From: Octopus vulgaris | Taxonomy: Eukaryota | Direction: 5' to 3' | DNA: 64,000 bases | Assembly (NCBI GenBank): GCA_951406725.2 | Contig: OX597828.1 | Coordinates: forward strand, 42,346,001 to 42,410,000 | Part shown: in pieces, positions 12,050 through 27,608 of the stretch | Layout: each line of letters begins with the position of its first letter | Numbering within the stretch: position 1 is the first letter of the stretch | Translations under genes and position numbers: made by a program | Notes under the pieces: model-generated | The model's input: the letters and a program-made list of their open reading frames with translations, nothing else | Database searches by the model: none | Told to the model about the DNA's origin: nothing

Positions 12050-12099
<50 letters not shown>

Positions 12100-12154
12100 G
12101 ACAGATAGATAGATATACAGACAAATAGATATAGATATACAGACAAATATATAG

Positions 12155-12229
<75 letters not shown>

Positions 12230-12528
12230 CAGATAAATAAATAGATAGACACACACACACACACACACTTCCTCTGTCGAGGTTTCTTCCAAACGATACC
12301 CTCGTCATCACAGGTGTTCCTCAAGACTGGAGTATATTTAACCCCACCCCACAATGGCATTTATATATTAAACAGCCTACGTATTTCCACTCCGAACTGC
12401 ATATACTCCTTTAATAATCATATCAACTCTTTACATCTTAATCTTCTTTATAAACATGTAATCCATATGTAGCTTAGGTACAATGCAGAGAGATTTGCAA
12501 ACCTTCTCATATACCGAGATAACAATCT

Positions 12529-12634
12529 AACCTTCATTACGCTAAATGCCGAGCAGCCTTCATTAAGCTAAATGCCGCACAACCATCATTACGTTAAATG
12601 CCGCACAACCTTTATTACCCTAAATGCTGCACAA
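12529..12634. repeat. Minisatellite, ~4 copies of a 24-26 bp unit
   Basis: Unit accttcattacgctaaatgccgcaca. Confidence 0.85.
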
Positions 12635-12787
12635 AACTATCTTGCACGCACCATATCAACATGTGAAAATGCACAGCAAAATCTTAGTTCTCATTATAAA
12701 TCATGAATAAACTTGACAATATTTTGTGATCGCTCATAGAAATTCTACACTTAGTTATATCAAACTGAGGTTGATCTTAGGGTGCGA

Positions 12788-12990
12788 GTACGCCGGGCGA
12801 AATGCTTAGCAGTATTTTGTCTGTTTTACGCTGTGAGTTCAAATTCTGCCCAGGTCTACTTTGCCTTTCATCCTTTAGAGGTCGATTAATTAAATACCAG
12901 TACGGTACTGGGTTCGATGTAATCGACTACCCCCTCCCCCAAAATTTCGGGTCTTGTGCCTAGAGTAGAAAGAATTTAGAGTAGAAAGAA
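12788..12990 (+). mobile_element. SINE family B monomer with alternative tail
   Basis: cgccgggcgaaatgcttagc...gagttcaaattc...gcctttcatcc, ending gtgcctagagtagaaagaat. Confidence 0.75.
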
Positions 12991-13704
12991 TTAACTGGCG
13001 TTGTTCTTTTATGAGTAGAAAATGTTCTGTATTTCTAATTGATAACTGGACCTCTGTAAATTCAAGTGTGAGCGCATTTATAGTATTTTTCACGTGTAAG
13101 AGCTAATGCAACCGTTAAGGTGCAGTATGTGTTCCTGTTCTCATTTGGGTTCGAATCTCGTCGAGGTCAACTAAGTGCTTCATCCTTTTGGGGTATCAAT
13201 AAAATGAAGAATTTGTTCTGGTTGGCAGATTGTAGGAACTGCTAGAACATCGAACAAAATGCTTTGCAGTATTTTGAGGCAAAATCTTGCTCTTTGTGTT
13301 TTGAGTTCTTGGTTTGGAAGCTTTTTCGTTGACCCTGTTTCTGGGAGTCTTTAGGAGAGAGTTCACTAAGACCACAATATGAGACATTTGGCACAGCCAT
13401 TTTGTCCTCGCCAATTTGGCGCAGACTTGTTTGACATCAGACATGTTAATGGCTCTCTTGTTCCCTCCCTGCCTCCCAACCTCTCTCCGTCTCCCATTTC
13501 TCTCTCCTCCATTTCTCTCTCTCCCTCTTCTCTCTCTACCCATCTCTTTCTCTGCCATCTCTCTCTTCTTTTCTCTCCCTCTCTCCCTCTCTATCTGTGT
13601 TTATGTGTGAGGCCATATTTCTCCCTTTAAGTGTATGAGAAGAAGGAAAGTATTTATGTTAATTTTGTTCAAATAATAAACTGTAATGTCTCTCCCTTTC
13701 TCAA

Positions 13705-13758
<54 letters not shown>

Positions 13759-14341
13759 GTGTGTATATGTATATTTCTGCACGCGCGTGCGTATTTGCTT
13801 CCAGTGACAAAACTTTCTGCCGCCAAAACAACTGCACTGTGCAGTCAGCCGTGTAAAATAGCCAGAGTCCAGACAACCTCAACCCAATCATTTCATTAAG
13901 GCCAGGTCGCTAGTTTGCGGACAACGTTTCTCCCTTCATCTCACCAAACTTGGTGACCCTGAAAATCAAAACTTTGTGTCTGGTGGCAAGTCATCGCTCT
14001 CCCTTTCCTCACTAAACGGTAAAAGAATAAATGACATCCTTGACCGCAACTTAAAGAACACCGCTTCACTATTCAACAAAGATTTACTGACCTGCGTCCA
14101 ATAATTACGACTTCACACATAACCTGCTTTTTCCTCCTGGCGTTTTTTACTGCTACTATAACGGTCTATGCACTTTTGAACTTGATTAGGCGATCTAAAG
14201 TCCATTTTTTAGCATATCGGCATAGAATTTTTTTTCTTTTGCCCTTATTCATAATTGTTTATAATTTTCACCTTAAAAGGTATTTTAATATGCTGGCCAC
14301 TGATCAAATATTTTTAAAAATATTTCATCCCTATATTAGGA

Positions 14342-14409
<68 letters not shown>

Positions 14410-14413
<4 letters not shown>

Positions 14414-14614
14414 GATTCAAATAAACGGATAAAAACAAAACAAAAAATAGATGAAAAACAACGAGGGTAAGGTCATACATAAAAAGTATATTAGCTTGAC
14501 GCTTGGTGAAAGGAGGGAGTTTAACTTTTCGAGCGTAGCTCTTCGTCGGAAAGTTGAAAGGGAAAAGGCCAAAGAAGAAGAAAAAGAAATCGCCAACGGA
14601 CCACGTGTAGTTAC
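14410..14614 (-). mobile_element. Short hammerhead-bearing element, degenerate
   Basis: Minus 14553-14519: cttt-CCGACGA-A-GAGC-tac-GCTC-GAAAAGT-T-aaac. Flanked by TA-rich microsatellite. Confidence 0.7.
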
Positions 14615-14750
14615 ATATATAAGTATATATGAATGTATGTATGTATGTATGTATGTATGTATGTATGTATGTATGTATGCATGCATGTATGTATGTATTT
14701 ATGTATGTATGTATGTATGCATGTATGTATGCATGTATGCATGTATGTAT

Positions 14751-15137
14751 AGGTGTGGCTGTCTGATAAGAAGCTCGCTTCCCAACCACATGTTTCCGGG
14801 TTCAGTCCCACAGCGTGGCACTTCGAGGCAATGTTTTCTACTTTAGCTTCAGATAGACCAGAGCCTTGTGAGTGGATTTGGTAGCGAGAAACTGAGAGAA
14901 GCCCGTCGTATATGTGTGTGTGTGTGTGTGTGTGTGTTTGTCCACAACCACCACACCACTGCTCGACAACCGGTGCTGGTGTTTACGTCGCCGTGACGTA
15001 GCGGTTCGGTCAAAGAAGAACGATAGAATAAGTTCAAGACTGTTTAAGAAAAAGTACTGGGGTCGACTCCTTTGACTAAAAATTCTTCAAGGTGATGCCC
15101 CAGCATGGCCGCAGTTTAACGATTGAAACAAGCAAAA
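14751..15137 (+). mobile_element. SINE family A
   Basis: Head, core and tail motifs present but diverged. Confidence 0.85.
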
Positions 15138-15227
15138 TATAATGTGTGTGTGTGCGTATGTGTGTGTGTGTGTGTGTGTGCGCGCGTATTCATTCCAGTG
15201 TTTGACATATATGATGATGACGAAGAC

Positions 15228-15650
15228 GTGGCTGTGTTGCTTACTAACCACATGGTACCGGGTTCAATCTCACTGCGTGACACCTTGAGCAAGTTTCTTC
15301 TACTATAGCCTTGGGCCGATCAAAGCCTTGTAAGTGGATTTGGTAGACGGAAACTGAAAAGAAACCCTTGAATATATACTTATATGTGTGTGTGTATGTG
15401 TGTTTGTGTGTGTGTGTGTGAGAGAGAGAGAGTGTGTGTGTATGTATCTACATTTGCCATCCCGCTCCACCGCTTGAAAACCGGTGTTCGTGTGCTTATG
15501 TCCCCAGAACTTGCGGTTCGGCAAAAACAATCGATATAATAAGTACCAGGCTTTAAAAAGAAGGGCTGGGGAGCAATACATTCTACTATAAATTCTTCAG
15601 GATGATACCCCAACATAGCCGCCGTCTAATGATTGAAGGAAGTAAAAAAT
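15228..15650 (+). mobile_element. SINE family A, diverged
   Basis: aaccacatggtaccgggttcaatc...gtggatttggtagacggaaactgaaa...gcggttcggcaaaa. Confidence 0.8.
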
Positions 15651-15734
15651 AAAATAAAAAACAGATATTGCCGATGGAAGCCGCATGTACTCAGGTATAG
15701 ACAGTGGAATTTCCGTTGATCTATGCCGAATATA

Positions 15735-16355
15735 TTCTTTTCTACTCTAGGCACAAGGCCCGAAATTTTGGGCGTGGGGTGGGGCGCAGTCGATTAGATT
15801 AACTCCAGTGCGTAACTGGTACTTAATTTATCGACCCCGAAAGGATGAAAGGCAAAGTCGACCTCGGCGGAATTTGAACTCAGAACGTAAAGACAGACGA
15901 AATACTGCTAAGCATTTCGCCCATCTTGCTAACGTTTCTTATTTCTTTATTGCTCACAAGGGGCTAAACATTGAGGGGACAAAAAAGGACAGGCAAAGGG
16001 GTCAAGTCTATTACATCGACCCCAGTGCGTAACTGGTACATAATTTATCGACCCCGAAAGGATGAAAGGCAAAGTCGAGCTCGGCGGACTTTGAACTCAG
16101 AACAAGAAGACAGACGAAATACTTATTTCTTTATTGCCCACAAGGGGCTAAACATAGAGGGGACAAACAAGGACAGACAAACGGATTAAGTCGATTATAT
16201 CGAACCCAATGCGTAACTGGTACTTATTTAATCGACCCCGAAAGGATGAAAGGCAAAGTCGACCTCGGCGGAACTTGAACTCAGAACGTAACGGCAGACG
16301 AAATACGGCTACGCATTTCGTCCGGCGTGCTAACGATTCTGCCAGCTCGCCGCCT
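15735..16355 (-). mobile_element. SINE family B trimer with mixed tail variants
   Basis: Three body units. The 3'-most unit has the cctagagtagaaaagaata tail; the other two have the ccccttgtg(g/a)gcaataaagaaata tail. Confidence 0.85.
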
Positions 16356-16797
16356 TTCTATGCCGGGTAACAACGCAAAAGTTTGTCGGAACTATCAATT
16401 TACGACAAACTTTACACTTTCGGAAAGTTAGTTTACCAGTAATAAGGCACCGTTGCTTGTAATTCACCTTCTCATTAGTTAACTGCCTGATTAAGAAATT
16501 AATTAATTCAATAATTAAATAGTTAATCACTTAATTAATTTAGTATTTGATTGGTTTGTCAAAATCTTTCACTTGAAAAACAAAAACAAAAACTTTGTAA
16601 ATACGTACATACGTGTGTATATAAATGTGTATGTTTTTCTGGCGTTAAAGCTAGTTCTGAGAGGATGGGGCGTTCATGCATCTTCGTGGCATGTGCAAGG
16701 TTAAAATCTAATATTAATATTTAAAGAAGATTATAGATATGCATGTATATGTATATGTGCGTGTGTATTTATGCATGTATATATGTAGATACATACA

Positions 16798-17460
<663 letters not shown>

Positions 17461-17477
17461 ATGTATATATCTATGTG

Positions 17478-17544
<67 letters not shown>

Positions 17545-17781
17545 ATGTATATACATGCACCTAATTCTAAAATCTCACACACAAGCATACAGACACGTAT
17601 ATCTGCGCGTATGAATGGCGTGTGTGCGTGTATGTGTATGCGTGTGTGTGCGTTGTGTGTGTGTGTAAGTGTGTGTGTGTGTGCATGCCTTTGTATGCAT
17701 CTTCAGTCAGTATACACGCACACACACATACATGCTTGTATGTATTTCTTCTTATAACTTTATGCTCTACCTGGTTCATTT

Positions 17782-17945
17782 ATGATGATGATGATGATGA
17801 TGACGACGACGACGACGACGACGATGATGATGATGAAGATGATGATGATGATGATTATGACGTCGACGACGACAACTACGACGACGATGATGGTAGTGGT
17901 GGTGGTGGTGATGATGCTGATGATGATGATGATGATGATGATGAT
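17782..17945. repeat. (GAT/GAC/GGT)n trinucleotide tract
   Basis: Directly visible. Confidence 0.95.
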
Positions 17946-18003
17946 ATATATCACATATACCACATATATATATACATCACATATACCACAACAGTTATAT
18001 ATA

Positions 18004-18272
18004 TCCTTCGCCATATCGCGGTTCACCTATCGCGTTTCACCTATCGCGGTTCACCTATCGCGTTTCACCTATCACCTACCGCGGTTTATTATTTATGCTT
18101 ACGTCGATTCATTCCTCCGCGGTGTTGTTTTGCATTTATAATAAAATATAGAGATAAATATATACAAATTATAAAAATAAAAACAAATATACAGTACACT
18201 ACTGTTTCTACTTCGCGAATTTTCACTTACCGCGGGGGCGTTTTGGAACGTAACAACCACGATAGTCGAGGG

Positions 18273-18276
<4 letters not shown>
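18004..18276. mobile_element. pogo/Tigger-like MITE with an internal 14 bp tandem repeat
   Basis: Ends atccttcgccatatcgcgg / ccacgatagtcgagggat are imperfect inverted repeats in a TA context. tcacctatcgcg(g/t)t repeats ~4 times. Confidence 0.55.
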
Positions 18277-18704
<428 letters not shown>

Positions 18705-18762
18705 CATATATATATAATACATATATATACATATACATATATATAAATCGATGCATCGAATG

Positions 18763-18883
18763 TAGGCACAAGCTTGGCTGTGCGGTAAGCAGCCTGCTTC
18801 CCAACCGCGTGGTTCCGAGTTCAGTCCTACTTTGAGCAGAACATTCTGAGGACATTTGGTGGACGGAAATTAGAGAACATGTC

Positions 18884-18922
<39 letters not shown>

Positions 18923-19140
18923 CGCACACATACATATATGTGTGGCTGGGTGTGAATCTTTGTGTCCCCCCCCCTCGCTTCCACTTGAAAACCAGAGTTG
19001 GTTTGTTTACGTCACCGTAACCTAGCAGTTCATTTAAAGTACCGATAAAATAAATATCAGGCTTAAAAGGAATGTGCTGACATCGATACTTTTGTAGGTG
19101 GTGCCCCAGCATGACCGCAATCCAAAGAATGAACACCCAC
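18763..19140 (+). mobile_element. SINE family A, diverged
   Basis: tggctgtgcggtaag...gagttcagtcc...gtgccccagcatgaccgca. Confidence 0.75.
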
Positions 19141-19567
19141 AATTAAAGAAATATATATATATATATATATAAATGTCGTCTCTATTAATCCTCATTTTTC
19201 TCTCCCACCCTCTCCTCTCTCTCTCTTTCTCTCCCTCTATTTCTGTGTGTGTGTGTGTGTGTGTGTGTGATAGCCTGTCCCTCTGTCCCTTTCCGTTTTG
19301 TGTCTCTCTCATCACTCGATCTCACACACACTGCGTTTCGTGTGTGTGTGTGTGTGTGTGTGTTTTTCTATTCTTTTTCCTTTTATTGTTTCTCCAACAC
19401 AGTTTTCTTTGTCTGTGTGTCTGTAGAATTTTTACTCCTCCTACTCCTGTCACTCTCTCTCTCTCACCTTTTTTCTCTCTCACATTGATCATCTTTTTTT
19501 TCTCTATCTCTGAACATTCTGTCACCCTCCCTCTCTCTGTCGCTGTCTCCCTTTCTCTCTCTCTCTC

Positions 19568-19750
19568 TCTCTATCTTTCTCTTACTCTATCTCCCTATCT
19601 CCCTCTTACTCTATCTCTCTATCTTTCTCTTACTCTATCTCTCTATCTTTCTCTTACTCTATCTCTCTATCTTTCTCTTACTCTATCTCTCTATCTTTCT
19701 CTTACTCTATCTCTCTATCTTTCTCTTACTCAATCTCTCTATCTTTCTCC
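19568..19750. repeat. 24 bp polypyrimidine-rich minisatellite (~7 copies)
   Basis: Unit ctctatctttctcttactctatct. Confidence 0.9.
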
Positions 19751-20245
19751 CTCTTACTCTCTCTCTCTCTCTCACTCTCTCTCTCTTACTCTCTCTCTCT
19801 ATCTTTCTCTATCTCTCTCCATCCATCCATCCAACACTCTAACAAACCGACCAGCCAAACCAGCCAGCCAGCCAGCCAGGCAACTCCAGCCAGCCAGCCA
19901 GCCAGACCAGACAGCCAGCCAACCCAGTCGGTAAGCTAAGCACCGGATAATATAATAGAATGAAAAGTAGGAGAGAGAGAGAGCGCTTGAGAGAGATAGG
20001 GAGAGAGAGAGAGAGAGAGAGAGAGATACAAAGTGAATGACAGAGAGACAGAGAGAAAATGAAAGAGAGAGACAGAGAGAGAAGGGGCTGGTGTCAGCAC
20101 TAAGTACGCCCCCTTTGCAACCTCGAGATGAAGGGCCGTAGGGCGTGTCATGGCTCCTGCCCTGACCGACACAACCTACTGGGATAAGTAGTGTAACACA
20201 TACTTAGATGAACACACACACACACACACACATGCCCCCACTAAT

Positions 20246-20276
<31 letters not shown>

Positions 20277-20439
20277 CAAGTACTCACACATACATACATA
20301 CACACACTCAAACGCACACATAAAATATATATACATTGCGATGTGATCAGAACGCACGCAGTATTATATATTCACACACGCATAACAAACAATACAAATA
20401 CGCACACATGCGCAAATGCACATACGCACAGGGGAATGC

Positions 20440-20621
20440 GCTGATACACACACATACACATACATACACACAACCACACACAAACACACACACACACGCA
20501 TACACACACACACATGCATAATCATATAGATGTACATAGTCACACACACACACGGCAATCCATGCACGCACACATGCACACATGTTCATTCATACACACA
20601 CTCACACATACATACACACAA

Positions 20622-20663
<42 letters not shown>

Positions 20664-20773
20664 GCATACACACACATGCATAATCATATAGATGTACATA
20701 GTCACACACACATGACAATCCATGCACGCACACATGCACACATGCACACATGTTCATTCATACACACACTCAC

Positions 20774-20829
<56 letters not shown>

Positions 20830-20980
20830 GCATACACACACACACATGCATAATCATATAGATGTACATATCACAATGTAATCTTACGCACGTAGAACAT
20901 AGTCACACACACACGGCAATCCATGCACGCACACATGCACACATGTTCATTCATACACACACACACACACACTCACACAC
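20440..20980. repeat. Higher-order ~160 bp tandem repeat built on (CA)n
   Basis: gcataatcatatagatgtacata occurs three times, as does caatccatgcacgcacacatgcacacatg. Confidence 0.85.
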
Positions 20981-21223
20981 ATATAGGTCGACGTGCACGT
21001 ATAGTACAATGCCACACGCATGAAATTCACACACATATATATATACATACGCACGCACGCACGCACGCATACACGTATGGCGTTAAACTCTTACGCATGT
21101 ATTACACACATTTACATACAGAATACAAAAGAACATACACACACACACACACACACACACACCTACTCACCACATACATACACACGAATATCTTGAAGCA
21201 TACACATAGCACGCATACATAAA

Positions 21224-21263
<40 letters not shown>

Positions 21264-21276
21264 TATTCTTTTATTA

Positions 21277-21596
21277 TTTTACTTGTTTCAGTCATTTGAC
21301 TGCGGCCATGCTGGAGCACAGCCTTTAGTCGAGCAAATCGACTCCAGGACTTATTCTTTGTAAGCCTAGTATTTATTCTATCGGCTCCCCCTTTTGCCTG
21401 CCAAACCGCTAAGTCACAGGGATGTAAACACACCAGCATCGGTTGTCAAGCGATGTTGGGGGGAACAAACACAGACACATAAACATATATACACACACAC
21501 ATACATATATATATACACACATATACATACATATATATATATACACACACACATACATATATATACACACACACATACATACATACACACGAACAT

Positions 21597-21683
<87 letters not shown>

Positions 21684-21837
21684 ACAGGCATCTTTCAGTT
21701 TCCGTCTACCAAATCCATTCACAAGGCTTTGGTCAGCCCGAGGCTATAGTAGAAGACACTTGTCTTCCACGCAGTGGGACCGAACCCGGAACCATGTGGT
21801 TGGTAAGCAAGTTACTTACCACACAGCCACTCTTGCG

Positions 21838-21840
<3 letters not shown>
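21277..21840 (-). mobile_element. SINE family A
   Basis: Full-length reverse complement with an expanded internal microsatellite. Confidence 0.9.
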
Positions 21841-21936
<96 letters not shown>

Positions 21937-22382
21937 ACATATAATATATACATACGCGCCTACACACCTACTCACAAACACAACACATGCATAAGAGAGA
22001 GAGATAGGTACATGTACACACACACACACGCGCGCGCGCGCGCGCCAAACACACACATACACATACACACAAAGAGGCATGCATATTAAAATATAGCGAC
22101 ATGCAAATACAGACACCAAGGTACACACACTGTCATACTCAAATATACACACGCATAGGAACGCATACACAAATACATTATACTTGGGCACACACATAGC
22201 CACACACACACACACACAAACATTTACACACCTGTATACGGTGAGTGAAATAAACAGATGCAGAAATGCATACGTGCACATTTGCACGTACATACACATG
22301 CCCAGTCAGTTATACGCATGTATAACGCACACATGCTTTATTGTTAATCTGACTACATATATATATATATACACATATTTAA

Positions 22383-22422
<40 letters not shown>

Positions 22423-22525
22423 AGAAATGAACATACGTCAATATATATATATGTATATATATAACTCAAATACAAATGCACACATACACACACACATATA
22501 TATATATGCATGCATATATGTATAA

Positions 22526-22574
<49 letters not shown>

Positions 22575-22746
22575 TACTTATCCACATACACATTCATACC
22601 AATATATGTATACATATATAAACACATATATACAAATATATATACATACCTGTATATACATACATATACGTGTGTGTGTGCATGTGTATGTGTGCGTGGG
22701 TATGTGCGTGTGTGTAGGTGCGTGTGTCTATTACATAATTTATATG

Positions 22747-22791
<45 letters not shown>

Positions 22792-22806
22792 GTATATATT
22801 ACATGC

Positions 22807-22849
<43 letters not shown>

Positions 22850-23210
22850 CATAAGTATATGTATGTATGTATGTATGTATGTTCATAGAGGAATGGCTTG
22901 AATGGTTAAGGAGATCGTTTTGGAGTCACATCGTTCTGAGTTCGATCCCGCTGCTCATCTCATTCTACACATAGATATTATAGCTTAGGATGGCCAATAT
23001 CCTGCGTGCCGAATTTGTGAGATAGCTGTGTGCAGAAACCCGTCTTGTATGCACCGATTTACATACATACATGCATACATACATATGAACACGCGCGCGG
23101 TGTGTGTGTGTGTGAAGATGCTGCTATATTTATTTTTACAATATGATATATATATAAATGTATGTTTGTATATGTATATTTATATATATATGCATATAAA
23201 AATATATATA

Positions 23211-23260
<50 letters not shown>

Positions 23261-23305
23261 TATGTATATATACCCATACACACATGTGTGTACGTATGTA
23301 TACAC

Positions 23306-23350
<45 letters not shown>

Positions 23351-23494
23351 CGTATATATACATATACATATATACGTATATATATATACATATATATACG
23401 TATATATCTATATATACACATACATCAATACATATATATGTATGTTTATGTATGTATATAAATATACGTATATATGTGTGTATTTATATATATA

Positions 23495-23544
<50 letters not shown>

Positions 23545-23581
23545 TATATACATACATACGTACATACACACGCACACATAC

Positions 23582-23621
<40 letters not shown>

Positions 23622-23645
23622 CATACGTACATACACACACACATG

Positions 23646-23711
<66 letters not shown>

Positions 23712-23740
23712 TATATACATACATACGTACATACACACAC

Positions 23741-23773
<33 letters not shown>

Positions 23774-24358
23774 AGCTTGTGATTGTTACAGGCGTAGTTC
23801 GTTGCTCTCGGTTTAACATCGTCACCCTGGTACTTGGAGTACATTAAGTGGAATCAGGGACACATGTACCTGCCGGTAACCCTAGGTTAAAAGAGTTGAA
23901 ACACGCAAAGATATCTTTATACTGACCGATATGAATATTGAGCTTCTGCGTGGTCGCTTACCTTGCTAGAAATAGCAGTCAAATCTCTCGTTCAAATCAA
24001 GTTTTAGAAGGATTTTAAAAAAAAATTGCTATTGTGTAATTACAGTATTAACTATCTACTCTGAATAGACCGGATGGTCACGACCGGGATATCTTCATTG
24101 GTCTTCTTTACTAGTATTTAGTTGGGTGGGGCTACACAATAGCTGTATCATATAAGCACACAAGAGTTTTTTTTTTTTTAGGTTAGCGTGACATGGACCA
24201 TGTGTATCCATCAACGGGGCATCAACTATAGTAACATCGTTAAGAAGTGCAACACGGTACAAGATGTCCTGGGTGTATATGAAGTGTAATAGGGTGCGTG
24301 GGAATGAAAACTAGGGTAGACAGATAGATAGATATACATACATATACATGCATGCACA

Positions 24359-24420
<62 letters not shown>

Positions 24421-24516
24421 CATACATATACATATATATCAATTCATATATATATATATATACGTACATGTGTTTGTGTATGTGTGTATATATATATATA
24501 TATGTATAGATGTATG

Positions 24517-24631
<115 letters not shown>

Positions 24632-25075
24632 GTATGTAAGTATGTATGTATGTATGTATGTATGTATGTATGTATGTATGTATGTGGATATATAGCTGTA
24701 AGGTTGTCTATTTACGCTCGGAAGGTACGTGTTTTCGGTTCCAATGTCCACAGTTTGGCAACCTATATGGCACCACAGTCGATCAAGTTCATCGGCAAAA
24801 TCGATCCCAGTAATCGAATTACTTTTTTTGTTATTGTTTTATTATAATTTATCATCAAATTCTTATTCCATCGGTCTCTGCTTTTTTTTTTTTCTTTTTT
24901 CGTCTTGGCCGATCCGATGAGTTACGTGGACGTAAACAAAATCAGTCGAACGCTTTTGGACAGACACGTATAAGCGCGCGCACGCACACACGCACACACA
25001 CCTGCTCAATCTATTTCTATCTCTCTATCTAACTATCCGTCTACAGACCTACCTACCTTGCTCCCTATCTATCTG

Positions 25076-25146
<71 letters not shown>

Positions 25147-25272
25147 ATCTATCTATCTATCTATCTTTCTATCTATCTATCTACCTACCTACCTACCTAT
25201 TTACTTACCTAGATAGATAACTAAATAGACATACATACATACATACATACCTATCTATCTATCTATCTATCT

Positions 25273-25305
<33 letters not shown>

Positions 25306-25859
25306 TTAGTTATCTATCTAGAGACAGGTGTAAATTATATACGAGTGACTCTATATATAGCTTTCACCTGTCTCCCATTCAATTGTTACACCCCCACACA
25401 ACATCTGCTACTCCTACACTATCATCATCACTACCATCATCACCATCGCCATTACGACCACCGCCTCTCAACATCATTCTATCATTCCATCCTCCCCCCT
25501 CTCTCTTTTTCACTTTCATCTCATTACTTTTTCTTTTCGATGCAAACTTCTGGCGGTCCAGTGGTACAACGCCTACCATGCATACGAGCGATGCGAGTTC
25601 GAGGGAACCGCGTTCCCTTCAACTTGTTCAATCCAAAGGGTTTTTTTTTTTCTAACCCAATGTTTACACGCTATTTTTTATAGCATTATCTGCTTCGAGG
25701 TAAACCGTTCCCAAAATGAATTTTTCATGCTCTATCGGACATCATAAATTCGCATGACGTCAACAATACATACATGCATACACACATACACATACACATA
25801 ATACATACATACATACATGTGCGTGTATATATATACATACATGTGTGTGTATTTATATA

Positions 25860-25942
<83 letters not shown>

Positions 25943-25945
<3 letters not shown>

Positions 25946-26131
25946 GGTCCCGGGTTGATTCGGGGTTAACCACAGTAAGTAAGGTACTCAATACATAGCA
26001 GAGTAAAATTAATTTATTATATAGAAGGAGCTTCTACAGGACTAGTACTGTTTCATTCAAGAGAAATCTTCAGGAAGATTTCTCTTGAATGAAACAGTAC
26101 TAGTCCTGTAAACTCCTTCTATATAATAAAT
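25943..26131. mobile_element. Fold-back Penelope-type fragment with a 37 bp perfect inverted repeat
   Basis: 26035-26071 and 26074-26110 are exact reverse complements, extending imperfectly to 26012-26131. Flanked by (TA)n. Confidence 0.75.
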
Positions 26132-26155
26132 ATATATATATATATATATATATAC

Positions 26156-27608
26156 TTCTTTCTCTCTCTTCTCTCTCTTTGTTGCGTTTGTCCCTCCTCT
26201 CTCTCTCTCTCCTCTCTCTCTCTCTTCCTTTGCTTCTCTTTCTTTTCTTTTCCCTCTTCTCTGTCACGTGACTGTTGGCCGAAATCTGCCTTTCAGTTCC
26301 TGACCCTCGTCTTGTTAACATCGCTGTTTTCGTCCGCCACTATAAAGGCTTTTTCCATTGCGCCAGAGAAAAAATTTGTTTGCTTGTTATCAGTCGTAAG
26401 ACACTGTTGTTTTCACCGTTAATGCTTCTGTATTTCATGTTTCTGTATTCCATTATTGTTTTTTGTTTTTTTTTTATATCTGTCCCTTTTGCTGTCCTGG
26501 TGTTCGTATGCATTCGATCCTTCTTCCAGGAAATCTACGCTTCCAGCTTAGTTTTTCTAATGCTCGTTGCTTGGTTTTTCTTGGAGGGCTGGCCGTGATC
26601 TAGTAATCTCAAGATTAATCAGCCGAAATTACTACGATGATCCGGTTCTTGACTGAAGACTGAGGGTTTCGAATGTCCTGTCCGTGTTTATTGTGTCGTC
26701 TTCTAAGAGTTATACGTTCTTGTCCATGTTGTATTTTTCTACATACCTTAACATATATTCCAGGCGCCCCGTACCCCACTTAACATTTATGTGAGCACAT
26801 ATTCTTAATAATTGGTACGACTCTCTGTTTGTCTCTCTCTCTCTCTCTCATTTTTACTTGATCTGTCCCCCTCTCTCTCTTTTCTCTCTACTCATCCTCT
26901 TTTTCTCTTCTCTTTCCTCTGATTCTTTGGTCTAGTCTTCCACTACCCTCCTATTTCTTTGTCTCGCTCTGCACTCACAGGTCATTCTTCGACACCCATC
27001 CCTTCTCTCTGATTCCTTCTTTCTCTCTCTTCTCTCTCTTTGTTGCGTTTGTCCCTCCTCTCTCTCTCTCCTCTCTCTCTCTCTTCCTTTGCTTCTCTTT
27101 CTTTTCTTTTCCCTCTTCTCTGTCACGTGACTGTTGGCCGAAATCTGCCTTTCAGTTCCTGACCCTCGTCTTGTTAACATCGCTGTTTTCGTCCGCCACT
27201 ATAAAGGCTTTTTCCATTGCGCCAGAGAAAAAATTTGTTTGCTTGTTATCAGTCGTAAGACACTGTTGTTTTCACCGTTAATGCTTCTGTATTTCATGTT
27301 TCTGTATTCCATTATTGTTTTTTGTTTTTTTTTTTTATATCTGTCCCTTTTGCTGTCCTGGTGTTCGTATGCATTCGATCCTTCTTCCAGGAAATCTACG
27401 CTTCCAGCTTAGTTTTTCTAATGCTCGTTGCTTGGTTTTTCTTGGAGGGCTGGCCGTGATCTAGTAATCTCAAGATTAATCAGCCGAAATTACTACGATG
27501 ATCCGGTTCTTGACTGAAGACTGAGGGTTTCGAATGTCCTGTCCGTGTTTATTGTGTCGTCTTCTAAGAGTTATACGTTCTTGTCCATGTTGTATTTTTC
27601 TACATACC

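Noticed and set aside
11996-12292. N-terminal ~100 aa of the 385 aa ORF
   Set aside because: Microsatellite read-through; LINE homology starts at WAEDNN (~11995).
12529-12634. CRISPR-like regular repeats (also 48638-48995, 18012-18075)
   Set aside because: No unique spacers, no cas genes, eukaryotic context; ordinary minisatellites.
26275-26598. Duplicated hydrophobic 107/92 aa ORFs
   Set aside because: T-rich repeat sequence, non-ATG start, and the two copies are frameshifted at a poly-T run.
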